From the IMG/VR virus record IMGVR_UViG_3300049828_000264, positions 1 through 49,943 of that record: a DNA stretch of 49,943 nt, one strand, 5' to 3'. A model generated the notes under the pieces. The model was given only the letters and a program-made list of their open reading frames with translations. It did not search any database and had not been told where the DNA came from. Of the stretch, positions 35,707 through 43,925 are shown piece after piece (the first letter of the stretch is position 1; each line of letters begins with the position of its first letter). The DNA is from a virus (Duplodnaviria > Caudoviricetes). The position numbers were made by a program, and so were the translations under genes.

Positions 35707-37526
35707 GTTCCGGCCCTGCGATCCTGGATGTAGATGACTGAGGCGAACCACTCCCACGCCTGATTCGGAGCGAACGTGAGTTTGAAGTCGAACGACGGCG
35801 CCGTGACGGGGATCGGGACCAGCTGCGCCGGCAGCGAGTCCGCGGTAAGCTCGTACGGCTCCGTGCGTGCGTTTATGTCGCGCTGATCGTAGCCGACGCT
35901 CACGGACACCCCATTCGGCGCATCTGCCACAAGGTCAAAGCCAATCAGCATCTTGTTGACGCCGAGCGCGTTGAAGTCGAGGTGCGGCCAATGCACCACG
36001 CCGGAGAACTCGATGCCGACCCCGGCGTAGTAGTCATCGACCAGGTAGTCCTCCGTGACGCGCCAAATCTTGTGCGTGGCGGTCCGCACGTACAGGTCAT
36101 TGTTCAACAGCGTCGTGTCGGTGATCGCTTCGGGGAACACGTACCGGCTCCACTTGCCGATCTTGCCCTCGTTCAGCGTCAGCACGAAAGCCTCGGGACC
36201 GAAGATCACCCAATACTGGCCGTAGGCCGGAATGAACGCGGAGATCGGCTCGTACTCACCGGAGCGGATTTTCGGCCCGACGAGCGCGTCGACGGGCTCA
36301 CCGGTTGAGCCCGCCTGCAGGTTGGTGCTCGCGCCAGCGATGCTGATGTTGCGCACGCCCACGGCGTTGAGGAACACCAGGTCGTTCTGTAGCGGCTTGA
36401 TGGCGCGCGCCTCGGTGGAGCCGATCGGCGCGGCGTCGAGCAACGCCATGTTGGCCGGGTCCTGATCGACTTGCCACATTTGAAAGCCGGCCGAGTTGAA
36501 CGCCACCAAGTTGCCGCGGTAGAGCCCCATCGCGCTCACCGGGTTGGCGCCGTGCGTCTGCAAGCCGAACGGGAGGTAGCCGGCGTCGTCCGGCGTGCTC
36601 CAGTCGAGCGGATCGACGGTAGCGCAATACGGGATGATGTCGATGTCGCCGGCGAAAATCTTGGACGCCGCGATGGCCACCACTTTCGAGTGCGGGCAGC
36701 GCGGGTCCGTTATCCGGCGCGAGGCGGCCGTCCACACGATCGAGCCGTCGACAACCGACGATCCGACCTCCGTGGGCCACACAGGCTCCGTTGCGCCCGA
36801 CTTCAAGATCGGGAACGCTTCCCACGTCACGGACGATCCGTATTGCGTCCCCCAAATCACCGTGCCGTCAGTGACGGTCGAGTCCGGCGTCTCCGGCCAC
36901 ACCGGTTCGGTGGCCGCGCTGACACCGCTTCCTGACTGGACCGCGGTGTAAACCAAGCTGGTGTAGTTCGGGCGGAAACTGTAGTTCCACACGAACTCAT
37001 CGACGCAAATCTGCTTACTTTCCTGCTGGTAAGCCCGCGCCCCAATGCGGACGTACGCGGTGTTCGCGGGAGCGACGCTCGTAACGGTCGATTTCTTCCA
37101 CTCGCTGTTCGACCCGCTGCTGATGTCGTTGCCGTTGTCGATGCGCAGGCTGGCCAGCGACGCGCTAAGCCACTCGATCTGTACGTTCGCGCCGGCGTTG
37201 CCGGCGGAAGCTGCACCTTGCTGCACCATGCACGACGCGGTAATGCTCTGCCCCGGTATGGCGGGCACAGGCGCGGCGTTGTAGATGCGCTTGTACTGCC
37301 GGCTCTGCCGCTGGCTCCCGGTGTAGCTCATCTGAGCCTTGTACTGTCCGCTGAACGTGCTGCCGAGGATGCCGATTTCCCACGGCGCCTCGTACGTCCA
37401 GTCGGCGTCGCCGCCCTCGAAATCCCCGTTTACGGGGGGCGGGACAGCAAGGGGCGGAACGGTCGCGCGAACAACTTGGTCGCCCGGGGCGTAGGTCGTC
37501 AGCGGCGTCCAGGCTGGAATGCTCAT
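35703..37526 (-). CDS. Tail nozzle/stabilisation protein (C-terminal part) with carbohydrate-binding-like N-terminal module
   Basis: NGDFE.G...W...D CBM-like segment; EPVWP repeats; propeller-like C-half ending as in podovirus tail tubular B proteins. Confidence 0.7.
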   Translation of the reverse strand: MSIPAWTPLTTYAPGDQVVRATVPPLAVPPPVNGDFEGGDADWTYEAPWEIGILGSTFSGQYKAQMSYTGSQRQSRQYKRIYNAAPVPAIPGQSITASCMVQQGAASAGNAGANVQIEWLSASLASLRIDNGNDISSGSNSEWKKSTVTSVAPANTAYVRIGARAYQQESKQICVDEFVWNYSFRPNYTSLVYTAVQSGSGVSAATEPVWPETPDSTVTDGTVIWGTQYGSSVTWEAFPILKSGATEPVWPTEVGSSVVDGSIVWTAASRRITDPRCPHSKVVAIAASKIFAGDIDIIPYCATVDPLDWSTPDDAGYLPFGLQTHGANPVSAMGLYRGNLVAFNSAGFQMWQVDQDPANMALLDAAPIGSTEARAIKPLQNDLVFLNAVGVRNISIAGASTNLQAGSTGEPVDALVGPKIRSGEYEPISAFIPAYGQYWVIFGPEAFVLTLNEGKIGKWSRYVFPEAITDTTLLNNDLYVRTATHKIWRVTEDYLVDDYYAGVGIEFSGVVHWPHLDFNALGVNKMLIGFDLVADAPNGVSVSVGYDQRDINARTEPYELTADSLPAQLVPIPVTAPSFDFKLTFAPNQAWEWFASVIYIQDRRAGT

Positions 37527-38386
37527 CTGTACGTGTACCTGTCGATGACGGGCTCGAGGACGTCCCCGGCGCTTCCTCCGCCGCCACCGCCGGTAACGAT
37601 CGTGCCGCCGCTGGTAGAGCCCGCGGGCGGAGGCGTCGGGCTGTCAATCGGCGCGGTCTCCGGCTGGCCTGTGTCCGTGCGCTCGATCACTGTGCCGCCT
37701 TCAAAAGTCGGCCACACCGGCTCTGTCAGGGCAGAGCGGGGGTTAGGGCCGGCGGTCTCGACGCACACGTAGTAGAAGCCGTTGTATTCAGTGGGCTCTA
37801 CCACGCTCTGTGCATACGCATCGCCAACGCCGTCGTAGCGGGGCTCGTCCGGCTGCCAAGGTGGGTTTGCATCGCCGAAGCGCGACGCGCTGAATACGAG
37901 ACCGTTGGGGGTTGTCGGGATAACAAGGTCGCCCGCTTCATAGACCGTATCCGCCTGCCATTCAGTGCCGGGCTGCAGCCAGAAGTGATACGTCGCGCCG
38001 TCCTGGAACTCTGCCACCACGTAAAGTCCGCCGAGGAAAGGCTCAGCGAAATGAATCTTCTCGAGGGGGACAGCCGTCTCATCGGCGTAACCCAGGTAGT
38101 ATTCCTGATACGTCGGCTCGGGATGCACAAGGATGTTGAGCACGTAGCCCTCTGGCACCGCCACCGCCACGTGGCAGAACGTGTGCAGCTCGCCGCCGAA
38201 CGCGCACAGACCGCGCGTGAGCGGATCCAGCGTCGCGTCGCGCTCGGTGCCGGGGCGCACCTTCACCGAGCCGGCTTCGGTCACGTAGCCGTTGAGCAAG
38301 TCGTAGAGGATGTCGGCCTTGGCCCCGCCCTTCGTACGAAGTCGGTTGATGCCGCCTCGGATGGTGGTGAGGGGTGCGGCGCGCAT
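37523..38386 (-). CDS. Tail nozzle/stabilisation protein (N-terminal part)
   Basis: GGINR...L.N.YV...G.V..RPG as in tail tubular B / P22 gp10-like N-termini. Confidence 0.7.
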   Translation of the reverse strand: MRAAPLTTIRGGINRLRTKGGAKADILYDLLNGYVTEAGSVKVRPGTERDATLDPLTRGLCAFGGELHTFCHVAVAVPEGYVLNILVHPEPTYQEYYLGYADETAVPLEKIHFAEPFLGGLYVVAEFQDGATYHFWLQPGTEWQADTVYEAGDLVIPTTPNGLVFSASRFGDANPPWQPDEPRYDGVGDAYAQSVVEPTEYNGFYYVCVETAGPNPRSALTEPVWPTFEGGTVIERTDTGQPETAPIDSPTPPPAGSTSGGTIVTGGGGGGSAGDVLEPVIDRYTYR

Positions 38387-38389
38387 GAG

Positions 38390-39103
38390 TTACTCGAACG
38401 GGAACACGGGTTTGGTCGCTACCACGACGTCCGCGGCGCCCGGGATGTACCGCTGCGTGCCGTGTGTCTCCGCCACCAGCTCGCCGAGGTACACCTGTGC
38501 CTGCGAGGCCACGTCTGCGGCGTCGGCATGGCCGTAGTGGTTCTTGGCGTTGGCCAACGCCCACAGGAACAGCAATTCGCTGTCGATCGTGGCGTGGTCG
38601 GTGTCCTCGGTGAAGCGCTCAAGTCCGAAATGGCCCTTGATGCGCAGAGTATAAACGGCGTCCGGCGCCGGGAACACTTCGATGCATTGGCGCACTTCGT
38701 AGACCGCCGGCAGCCCGTTGTAGTCAATCGAGGTGTAGTTGGACGGGTTGATGCCGCGGGTGAGCGGCAGCCACGTGCCGTTGAGGTCCTCGACGCCAGC
38801 CCACGTGATGCGTCCGGCGTCGAGCTTTTTCAGGCAGGCGTCCGCGTTGTCGCGCACGCCGTAGAAGCGCTCGCCGACTACCATCGGCCACTCGTAGAAC
38901 CGTTCGGTTCGGAGCGCGCGGTGGCGGCGATAGAGGAAGTTCTGGCTGCGCTGGAGGAAATTGTTGAGCAACCCGGTCATGCCGGGCGGCGGGTTGTCCA
39001 CCTGTGCCGCGTAGCCGAGGCGCTCGAGCAACGCGATCCGAAGTTCCCCCAACGTCTCGGCGTTGTAGAACCCGTCGTCGCAAGCGCAGTTGTAACTAGC
39101 CAT
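38390..39103 (-). CDS. Head-tail adaptor / tail tubular protein A
   Basis: TLGELR, G.P..Y, IEVFPAPD..Y.L; position after capsid genes. Confidence 0.8.
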   Translation of the reverse strand: MASYNCACDDGFYNAETLGELRIALLERLGYAAQVDNPPPGMTGLLNNFLQRSQNFLYRRHRALRTERFYEWPMVVGERFYGVRDNADACLKKLDAGRITWAGVEDLNGTWLPLTRGINPSNYTSIDYNGLPAVYEVRQCIEVFPAPDAVYTLRIKGHFGLERFTEDTDHATIDSELLFLWALANAKNHYGHADAADVASQAQVYLGELVAETHGTQRYIPGAADVVVATKPVFPFE

Positions 39104-39123
39104 GCCGGTATCCTACTCGAAAC

Positions 39124-39155
39124 GGAGGGCGGAGGCTTCTCGTCCTCCGCCCTCC
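39124..39155 (-). terminator. GC-rich hairpin, possible attenuating terminator
   Basis: GGAGGGCGGAGG / CCTCCGCCCTCC 12-bp stem; only GTTT follows on - strand; second hairpin at 39163-39190. Confidence 0.55.
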
Positions 39156-39199
39156 CCGCACCGCTTGCGCGCAGGAGGGGACACGCAAGCAACACACTG

Positions 39200-39616
39200 T
39201 CACTGAGCGATTTCGACGGCCCCTTCTGCCAGCGAGACCGGGGGCGGCGCATCAAAGAGGCCCGCCAAAGGATCGTCTTTCGAGTCGTACTCGCGCGTCT
39301 GCATAGGAGGCACGGCCGCCTGCGCCCGCGCCTTGTCGATCTCAGCCTTGAGCGCCGATACGCCACGCTGGCCGACCCCGTACACCAACGACACGTAATC
39401 CTGACCGGATTCGTTGTCCGCCTTGTACTTGGTCACAAGGCGGTCGAATTCGGCGGCCGGGTCGGGGAGCGGCTTGTTTACCGGGGTCTCCCCGATGACC
39501 TGGACGCGATCCTCCCCGTTGACGGCGGCCAGAACGGCTACCTCCCACGGCGGGACGTCGAGGGCGAAGGTGGTCGTCTCGGAACGGTTCAGCTGGACGC
39601 GAGCGTACTTGAACAT
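39200..39616 (-). CDS. Hypothetical head/tail assembly protein (138 aa)
   Basis: GGAGG RBS before ATG 39616. Confidence 0.8.
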   Translation of the reverse strand: MFKYARVQLNRSETTTFALDVPPWEVAVLAAVNGEDRVQVIGETPVNKPLPDPAAEFDRLVTKYKADNESGQDYVSLVYGVGQRGVSALKAEIDKARAQAAVPPMQTREYDSKDDPLAGLFDAPPPVSLAEGAVEIAQ

Positions 39617-39647
39617 GAGGAAACCCTCCTGGGGTTCGTGGACCGGA

Positions 39648-39899
39648 TCAGTTGGCGAGCAACGTGATGTTGGCCGCCGTCGAGACGCGAAGGTACTGCT
39701 TCGTCGGGGTGATTTCCGTTGCGATGTTGGTCGCAATGGTGGCCACCGTCGCCGGGCTGGTGAACGCCGCGTCGTCGGCTTCCTGGATGGTCAGGTTGCC
39801 AGCGGACAGGTTGAGCGCAACGAGAGTCGCGCCCGGGTTGAAGGGGACGGTTGCGCCCTGCAGGTCGAACGCAGCGTTGGTCAGGGTGTAAGCACGCAT
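39648..39899 (-). CDS. Small beta-rich protein, possible capsid decoration protein
   Basis: GGAG RBS; directly downstream of capsid gene; A/T-rich composition. Confidence 0.75.
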   Translation of the reverse strand: MRAYTLTNAAFDLQGATVPFNPGATLVALNLSAGNLTIQEADDAAFTSPATVATIATNIATEITPTKQYLRVSTAANITLLAN

Positions 39900-39921
39900 T
39901 TCATTTGCTCCGAAAGTTGTG

Positions 39922-39960
39922 TCGGGAAAAAGGGGGCCTTACGGCACCCCTCTCTCCCGA
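39922..39960 (-). terminator. Rho-independent terminator-like hairpin after major capsid gene
   Basis: - strand GGGG-T-GCC-GTAA-GGC-CCCC-TTTTT, extendable by TCGGGA/TCCCGA. Confidence 0.7.
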
Positions 39961-39969
39961 GAGCGTGGA

Positions 39970-41025
39970 TCAGTACGTCAGGGACAGGACGGCATGGGCG
40001 TTCCGCTTGCTGGTCGTCAGCGCGGCCTTCGACGTCAGCGCCCAATAGTGGACGTAGCGGTCGTAGACGCGCGGCGGCTTGCGCGGAGTCATCCAGTGGC
40101 CCTTGATCGGACGCAGCTTGAGGAACTTGGTGTTCAGGAAGTAGCAGCGCTTCGTCCAGTCCACCGAGGGGGCATCCAGCTGGTCGAGGGTGTCGAACAC
40201 CGGGTCCCACACCAGCTCCACGCCCTTGAAGTACACACCGTCGACCGACGCGTCGACCGCCGTGTTGCCCTTGCCCGTGGTGTTCAGGCGACGGTTCACG
40301 GTGTCGCTGGCGTCACGGCGGTAGGCATCGAGGAAGTCGGAGCCGACCAGAATGAAGTCCGGCTTCGAGCCGCCGTAGCGCATACATTCGCGCCACGCGA
40401 TTTCCATGCGGTCGACCAGGTTGCCGGCCGTCGCGGTGGAAATGCCGATGTCCGCGTAGTTCCTCCACCAGCTGTAGGTCTGCTGGTTGAGGGTACCGAT
40501 GGTCGCGCTCGCGGTCGGGGTGATCGATACCAGGCTGTCGAGGCCGGCGATGTCGGTCGAGCTGGCCGTGCCGTCACGGTGCAGCATGAGGTCGAAGTTC
40601 TCCTCGAAGCCGAGCTTGAGGGTCTCCATGTTCTCGGACAGGAGGTTGGTGAGCTGCACCTTCTCGGCGTCCGACGCGACGGCGTTCTTGTCGTCGGTCA
40701 TCGTGATGCCGTTCTGCGCCAGCTCGTCCTCGTTCAGACCGAAGCCGTCGTGGAAAGCGCCCCACGTGAACTTCGCCTGGGTCAGCGTGCGCTTGCGGTT
40801 GTACGTGACCTGGCTGTCGCCGAAGTACGACTGGAAGTTCGAGTCGTTGGCGTAGCGCAGCTGTTCCGTGACGTACTGCAGGCCGCCGGCGTACGGCGTC
40901 TTGCCGGCCAGAATCTTCTTGAGGAGCGGACGCTCCGTGTTCACCTGATCGATCGGGTCGTTCTTCAGGTGGTAGTCGATGACGTGCTTGCCTGCGTAGG
41001 CCAGCTGTTCCGTGTTGAAAGGCAT
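39970..41025 (-). CDS. Major capsid protein
   Basis: 351 aa, GGAG RBS, strong codon bias, position after scaffold; PLL..., GL..L, V..DP, YFLNT..L pattern. Confidence 0.9.
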   Translation of the reverse strand: MPFNTEQLAYAGKHVIDYHLKNDPIDQVNTERPLLKKILAGKTPYAGGLQYVTEQLRYANDSNFQSYFGDSQVTYNRKRTLTQAKFTWGAFHDGFGLNEDELAQNGITMTDDKNAVASDAEKVQLTNLLSENMETLKLGFEENFDLMLHRDGTASSTDIAGLDSLVSITPTASATIGTLNQQTYSWWRNYADIGISTATAGNLVDRMEIAWRECMRYGGSKPDFILVGSDFLDAYRRDASDTVNRRLNTTGKGNTAVDASVDGVYFKGVELVWDPVFDTLDQLDAPSVDWTKRCYFLNTKFLKLRPIKGHWMTPRKPPRVYDRYVHYWALTSKAALTTSKRNAHAVLSLTY

Positions 41026-41068
41026 TGAAGTGTCTCCAAAGCAAAAGGATAGTTACCGTTTGCCAGGG

Positions 41069-41148
41069 AGCAACGAGCCCGTGGAACTTTGGCCGGGTGC
41101 GAATCCGGTCCTCTTGCGAGTAGGGGTACTCCCCTCGGCGCAGTTGCT
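41069..41148 (-). ncRNA. Candidate structured cis-regulatory RNA in capsid 5' leader
   Basis: Closing helix AGCAAC/GTTGCT enclosing three hairpins: AGGGG-AGTA-CCCCT, CTC-GCAA-GAG, CCGG-ATTCGCAC-CCGG. Confidence 0.55.
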
Positions 41149-41939
41149 TACGTGCGTGATCTGACCATATCCACCGAGGCACTGTCAACAATTTCCACAC
41201 ACCCGGCCTCCCGATAGTGCCTGCACTCTGCCTCGTCGACCGGGAATGTATAGCCTTCTGGAACAGTGACGTTGCCATCATTCTTGGCAGAAAAAGGCTG
41301 CAGCGACCGGACAAAGTAGGTCCGCATGGTCTCGTAGCGCTGCAGGCTCACCGGCATATGGAAGGGGCCAAGAGGGGCATCCAACGGCAGGAACGCGTCC
41401 CGCAGCGGCCCGGGGAATACCCGGATCGGGGACATTTCGAGCTTCCCCGCCATGCGCCGGTAGCGCATCGTCCACATCGTCGGCCGCAGTCCGTTGCTGA
41501 CGTTCTTGGCGTCGGCGTCGTGGAAGTACGTGCCGGACTGGTAGCAATCGAAGCCGATCGGGATAACCGGGCGGCAGCCCATCAGCACGGCGAGCCCCAG
41601 CGCTATCTGCCCGCTGTTGCCTTGGATCGGCCATTGCGCCAAGCGGTAATCCGCCCAATGGTGCCGGCTCACGATCGGCACGCCGTACGGACGCAGGAGC
41701 CCCTCCATTTCGAGCTTGCTCTCGGTGTGCTTGTGGTCCTTGCAGGCGATGTAGTGCGCGCCGAGCCCCAGCTTCCACGCGTGCGCGTTGGCGCTGATGA
41801 CTACTGCATCGAGGTGGCGCAGTTGCTCGAGCTGCGCGGGCGCGCTGGGGCCTCCGCCCACCACGATCGCAGGCCGCCCCTCGTACGCGCGGTAGAGCGC
41901 GCTGACGAGCCGCCCTACCGGTAGTGGGTGTTTATCCAC
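41148..41939 (-). CDS. DUF115/Maf/MptE-like protein, putative (nonulosonate-type) glycosyltransferase
   Basis: AIVVGGGPS, VISAN, Y...D, NSG..A..LA..MG...V..IGFD; start approximate. Confidence 0.75.
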   Translation of the reverse strand: MDKHPLPVGRLVSALYRAYEGRPAIVVGGGPSAPAQLEQLRHLDAVVISANAHAWKLGLGAHYIACKDHKHTESKLEMEGLLRPYGVPIVSRHHWADYRLAQWPIQGNSGQIALGLAVLMGCRPVIPIGFDCYQSGTYFHDADAKNVSNGLRPTMWTMRYRRMAGKLEMSPIRVFPGPLRDAFLPLDAPLGPFHMPVSLQRYETMRTYFVRSLQPFSAKNDGNVTVPEGYTFPVDEAECRHYREAGCVEIVDSASVDMVRSRT

Positions 41940-42730
41940 GGTGACAACGTTTTCGTGCGCGCTTCCCACGGTTTGAACTCCCCTGCGAACACGACAACGC
42001 GTGCGTTCTCCGGCAGCGAGCCGTCTCTGTTCTTCGTGACCGGGGACAGCGGTGTGCCGCCCGGGATGCCGCCGTGCGAGCGCCGTATGTGCGGTGAGCC
42101 GGTGAATTGCCGCAGCCCTTGCTTCCGTTGGCGGTAGGGAGGGACCAAGTTCAGGTACGCGTAGACGCCATCGTTGTAGTCCCACACGGCGGCGTTCGGC
42201 GCCAGCTTGTAGCGAATCCACGCCTGATCTGAGCCCCGCATCCCCGCCTGCGTGGTGAGCCTCGGGGAGACCCGCGGGTCGAAGTCGTCCCACACTTCCT
42301 GGTGATACCCTGCGGTCTGCAGGAACATCGACCCGTTGTAGTGGTCGTCGCCCTTGGCGTCGTAGATGATGAAACCTTCCGGCCTGTCCCACAGCGGCGC
42401 CACGTCGTCTACCAGCACCATGTCCAGATCGAGCGACACGTAGCGCGGCCCGAAGATGCTGGCCATTTCGCGCGAGAACAGCTTTAGCCGCGGAAAGCAG
42501 TTGGGCCGATTCGTCGGGTGCGTCGGATTGAGCATATCGAAGTGATCGCTCCACATCGGCACGTACTCGACGTCGTGGCCAAGTCCCCTCGGATCGTCGG
42601 TCACGCAGAAAAACCGGTGCGGTCGGTTGTAGCAGCGCGCGACCATCCGGCGCAACGTGTTGACGTGCTCCGCGGTGTAGACCGTGCGATAGCCCGGTTT
42701 CAGGTACTTAAATGTGATGACCGATAGCAT
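41915..42730 (-). CDS. GT-A fold glycosyltransferase
   Basis: Y..EHVN.L.RMV.R, F.C.TDD, LKLF, LDLD (DxD), YNGS, SDQ, VVF.G..KPW. Confidence 0.85.
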   Translation of the reverse strand: MLSVITFKYLKPGYRTVYTAEHVNTLRRMVARCYNRPHRFFCVTDDPRGLGHDVEYVPMWSDHFDMLNPTHPTNRPNCFPRLKLFSREMASIFGPRYVSLDLDMVLVDDVAPLWDRPEGFIIYDAKGDDHYNGSMFLQTAGYHQEVWDDFDPRVSPRLTTQAGMRGSDQAWIRYKLAPNAAVWDYNDGVYAYLNLVPPYRQRKQGLRQFTGSPHIRRSHGGIPGGTPLSPVTKNRDGSLPENARVVVFAGEFKPWEARTKTLSPWINTHYR

Positions 42731-42993
42731 TCGTTTTCAGGCTCCGGGTAGAGGGCCTCGCGCGCCCGCGCCTCGAGGATGGCTGTCGAAATGCAGTGAT
42801 CTTGTTCGTAGGGGTGCAGCCAGTCGACGAACCTCGCCAGCGCGACGAACCTCCCGTTGGCGAAGTTCCTGCCGAGGAAACCGGAGACGGTCTCGCGCGG
42901 CATCGTCTTGAACGGCCACAGCAAGAGCGCGCACCAGAGCATATTCAGCGCGAGTCTGACGTGATAGACAGTGCGGTAGGCTCTGCGGTCCAT
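42700..42993 (-). CDS. Small membrane-associated phage protein
   Basis: Hydrophobic N-half, ETVSG.LGR, D.L.P...DHC pattern. Confidence 0.7.
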   Translation of the reverse strand: MDRRAYRTVYHVRLALNMLWCALLLWPFKTMPRETVSGFLGRNFANGRFVALARFVDWLHPYEQDHCISTAILEARAREALYPEPENECYRSSHLST

Positions 42994-43925
42994 GTCCCGG
43001 CCTCGTATTCGTCGAACATCAGGTCCCACATTTCAGCCCACTTCCTCGGCTGCTGGATGTCCCCGAAAAACGGACCTTCCATGCACGTCCCCGGCGACGG
43101 CCAGGGCCAGCCGACACTCGTCTCGAGCAAGTAGACTTTCTTCGTTTCTGCGTTGTGGAGAATATCAAGCGCGCACCACTTCGTCCTCATCCGCTCGAAC
43201 GCAGCGTCGGCGAACGCCAGCACGGACTGCGTAACCTCGTCGTCGAGGTTCATGGCGGGCTCGACGTTCCCGGTCTGCGCAACGAAGGTGCCGGGGGCGT
43301 TGTACCGCCGAAAGATCGCCCGGCCACGGCCGATCGCGTTGACGCGCCACGTGATGCTGTGCGGGACATAATCCTGCAGCAGCACGTAGCCTTTCTGGCG
43401 TCCCCTCGAATGCTGGCCACCTCCGCCTGCACAGTGGTCGACCTCGATCCCGCGGCCGAACGCAACGCGGATATGGTCGAGCAATTCCTTGCGCGAGCGC
43501 AGGATGCGGACGTTCTTCGAGCTGGCGCCCTCATCCGCTTTCGACACGATCCACTGGCCGTCCGCATACACCTCGCGGACGAAATCGAGCGCGGCTTCGA
43601 CCGCGCTGAACCTCCAGGTCGGGGGCATCAGGTCGCCGTACTCCCAAAACTGCGCGCTCTTGTCGTCGTAAAGCTCCACTTGACGGAAGTCCTGCACCAT
43701 CGTCAACCGGTCCGCCATTTCCCACCAGTCGAGGTGGTTGCGCTGCAGGACCGCCGGGATCGCGTGCGGGCGGATGAAGCCGAGCCCGGACGAACCTTTC
43801 TGGCTGACTTCGTAGCCGCGCGTGATGCGCGAGGTGCTGTAGCCGCGGCGCTGCGCCGTCTCGATCGACGGCGCGTGCCAGTTGCCTCGCTCATCGAGGA
43901 TCGTGTATCCCTTGAACGGCTCCAT
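42945..43925 (-). CDS. ATP-grasp ligase (RimK-like)
   Basis: DDK, IVSK..EGASS.NV, LLQDYVP, WRV..IG, R, ALDIL, YLLET; TGATG coupling to scaffold. Confidence 0.8.
   Translation of the reverse strand: MEPFKGYTILDERGNWHAPSIETAQRRGYSTSRITRGYEVSQKGSSGLGFIRPHAIPAVLQRNHLDWWEMADRLTMVQDFRQVELYDDKSAQFWEYGDLMPPTWRFSAVEAALDFVREVYADGQWIVSKADEGASSKNVRILRSRKELLDHIRVAFGRGIEVDHCAGGGGQHSRGRQKGYVLLQDYVPHSITWRVNAIGRGRAIFRRYNAPGTFVAQTGNVEPAMNLDDEVTQSVLAFADAAFERMRTKWCALDILHNAETKKVYLLETSVGWPWPSPGTCMEGPFFGDIQQPRKWAEMWDLMFDEYEAGTWTAEPTALSITSDSR

Noticed and set aside
37985-39667. 560-aa + strand ORF (also 30176-31636, 46007-47251, 44768-45955, and 13367-14353 on the - strand)
   Set aside because: Antisense shadows of well-supported genes, expected with high GC3; no motifs or RBS recognised
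41069-41148. tRNA gene
   Set aside because: T-loop-like segment present but no D-arm, 7-nt anticodon loop or proper acceptor spacing
41159-41188. Sigma-70 promoter for the capsid gene (TTGACA on - strand at 41183-41188)
   Set aside because: No convincing -10 at 16-18 nt spacing
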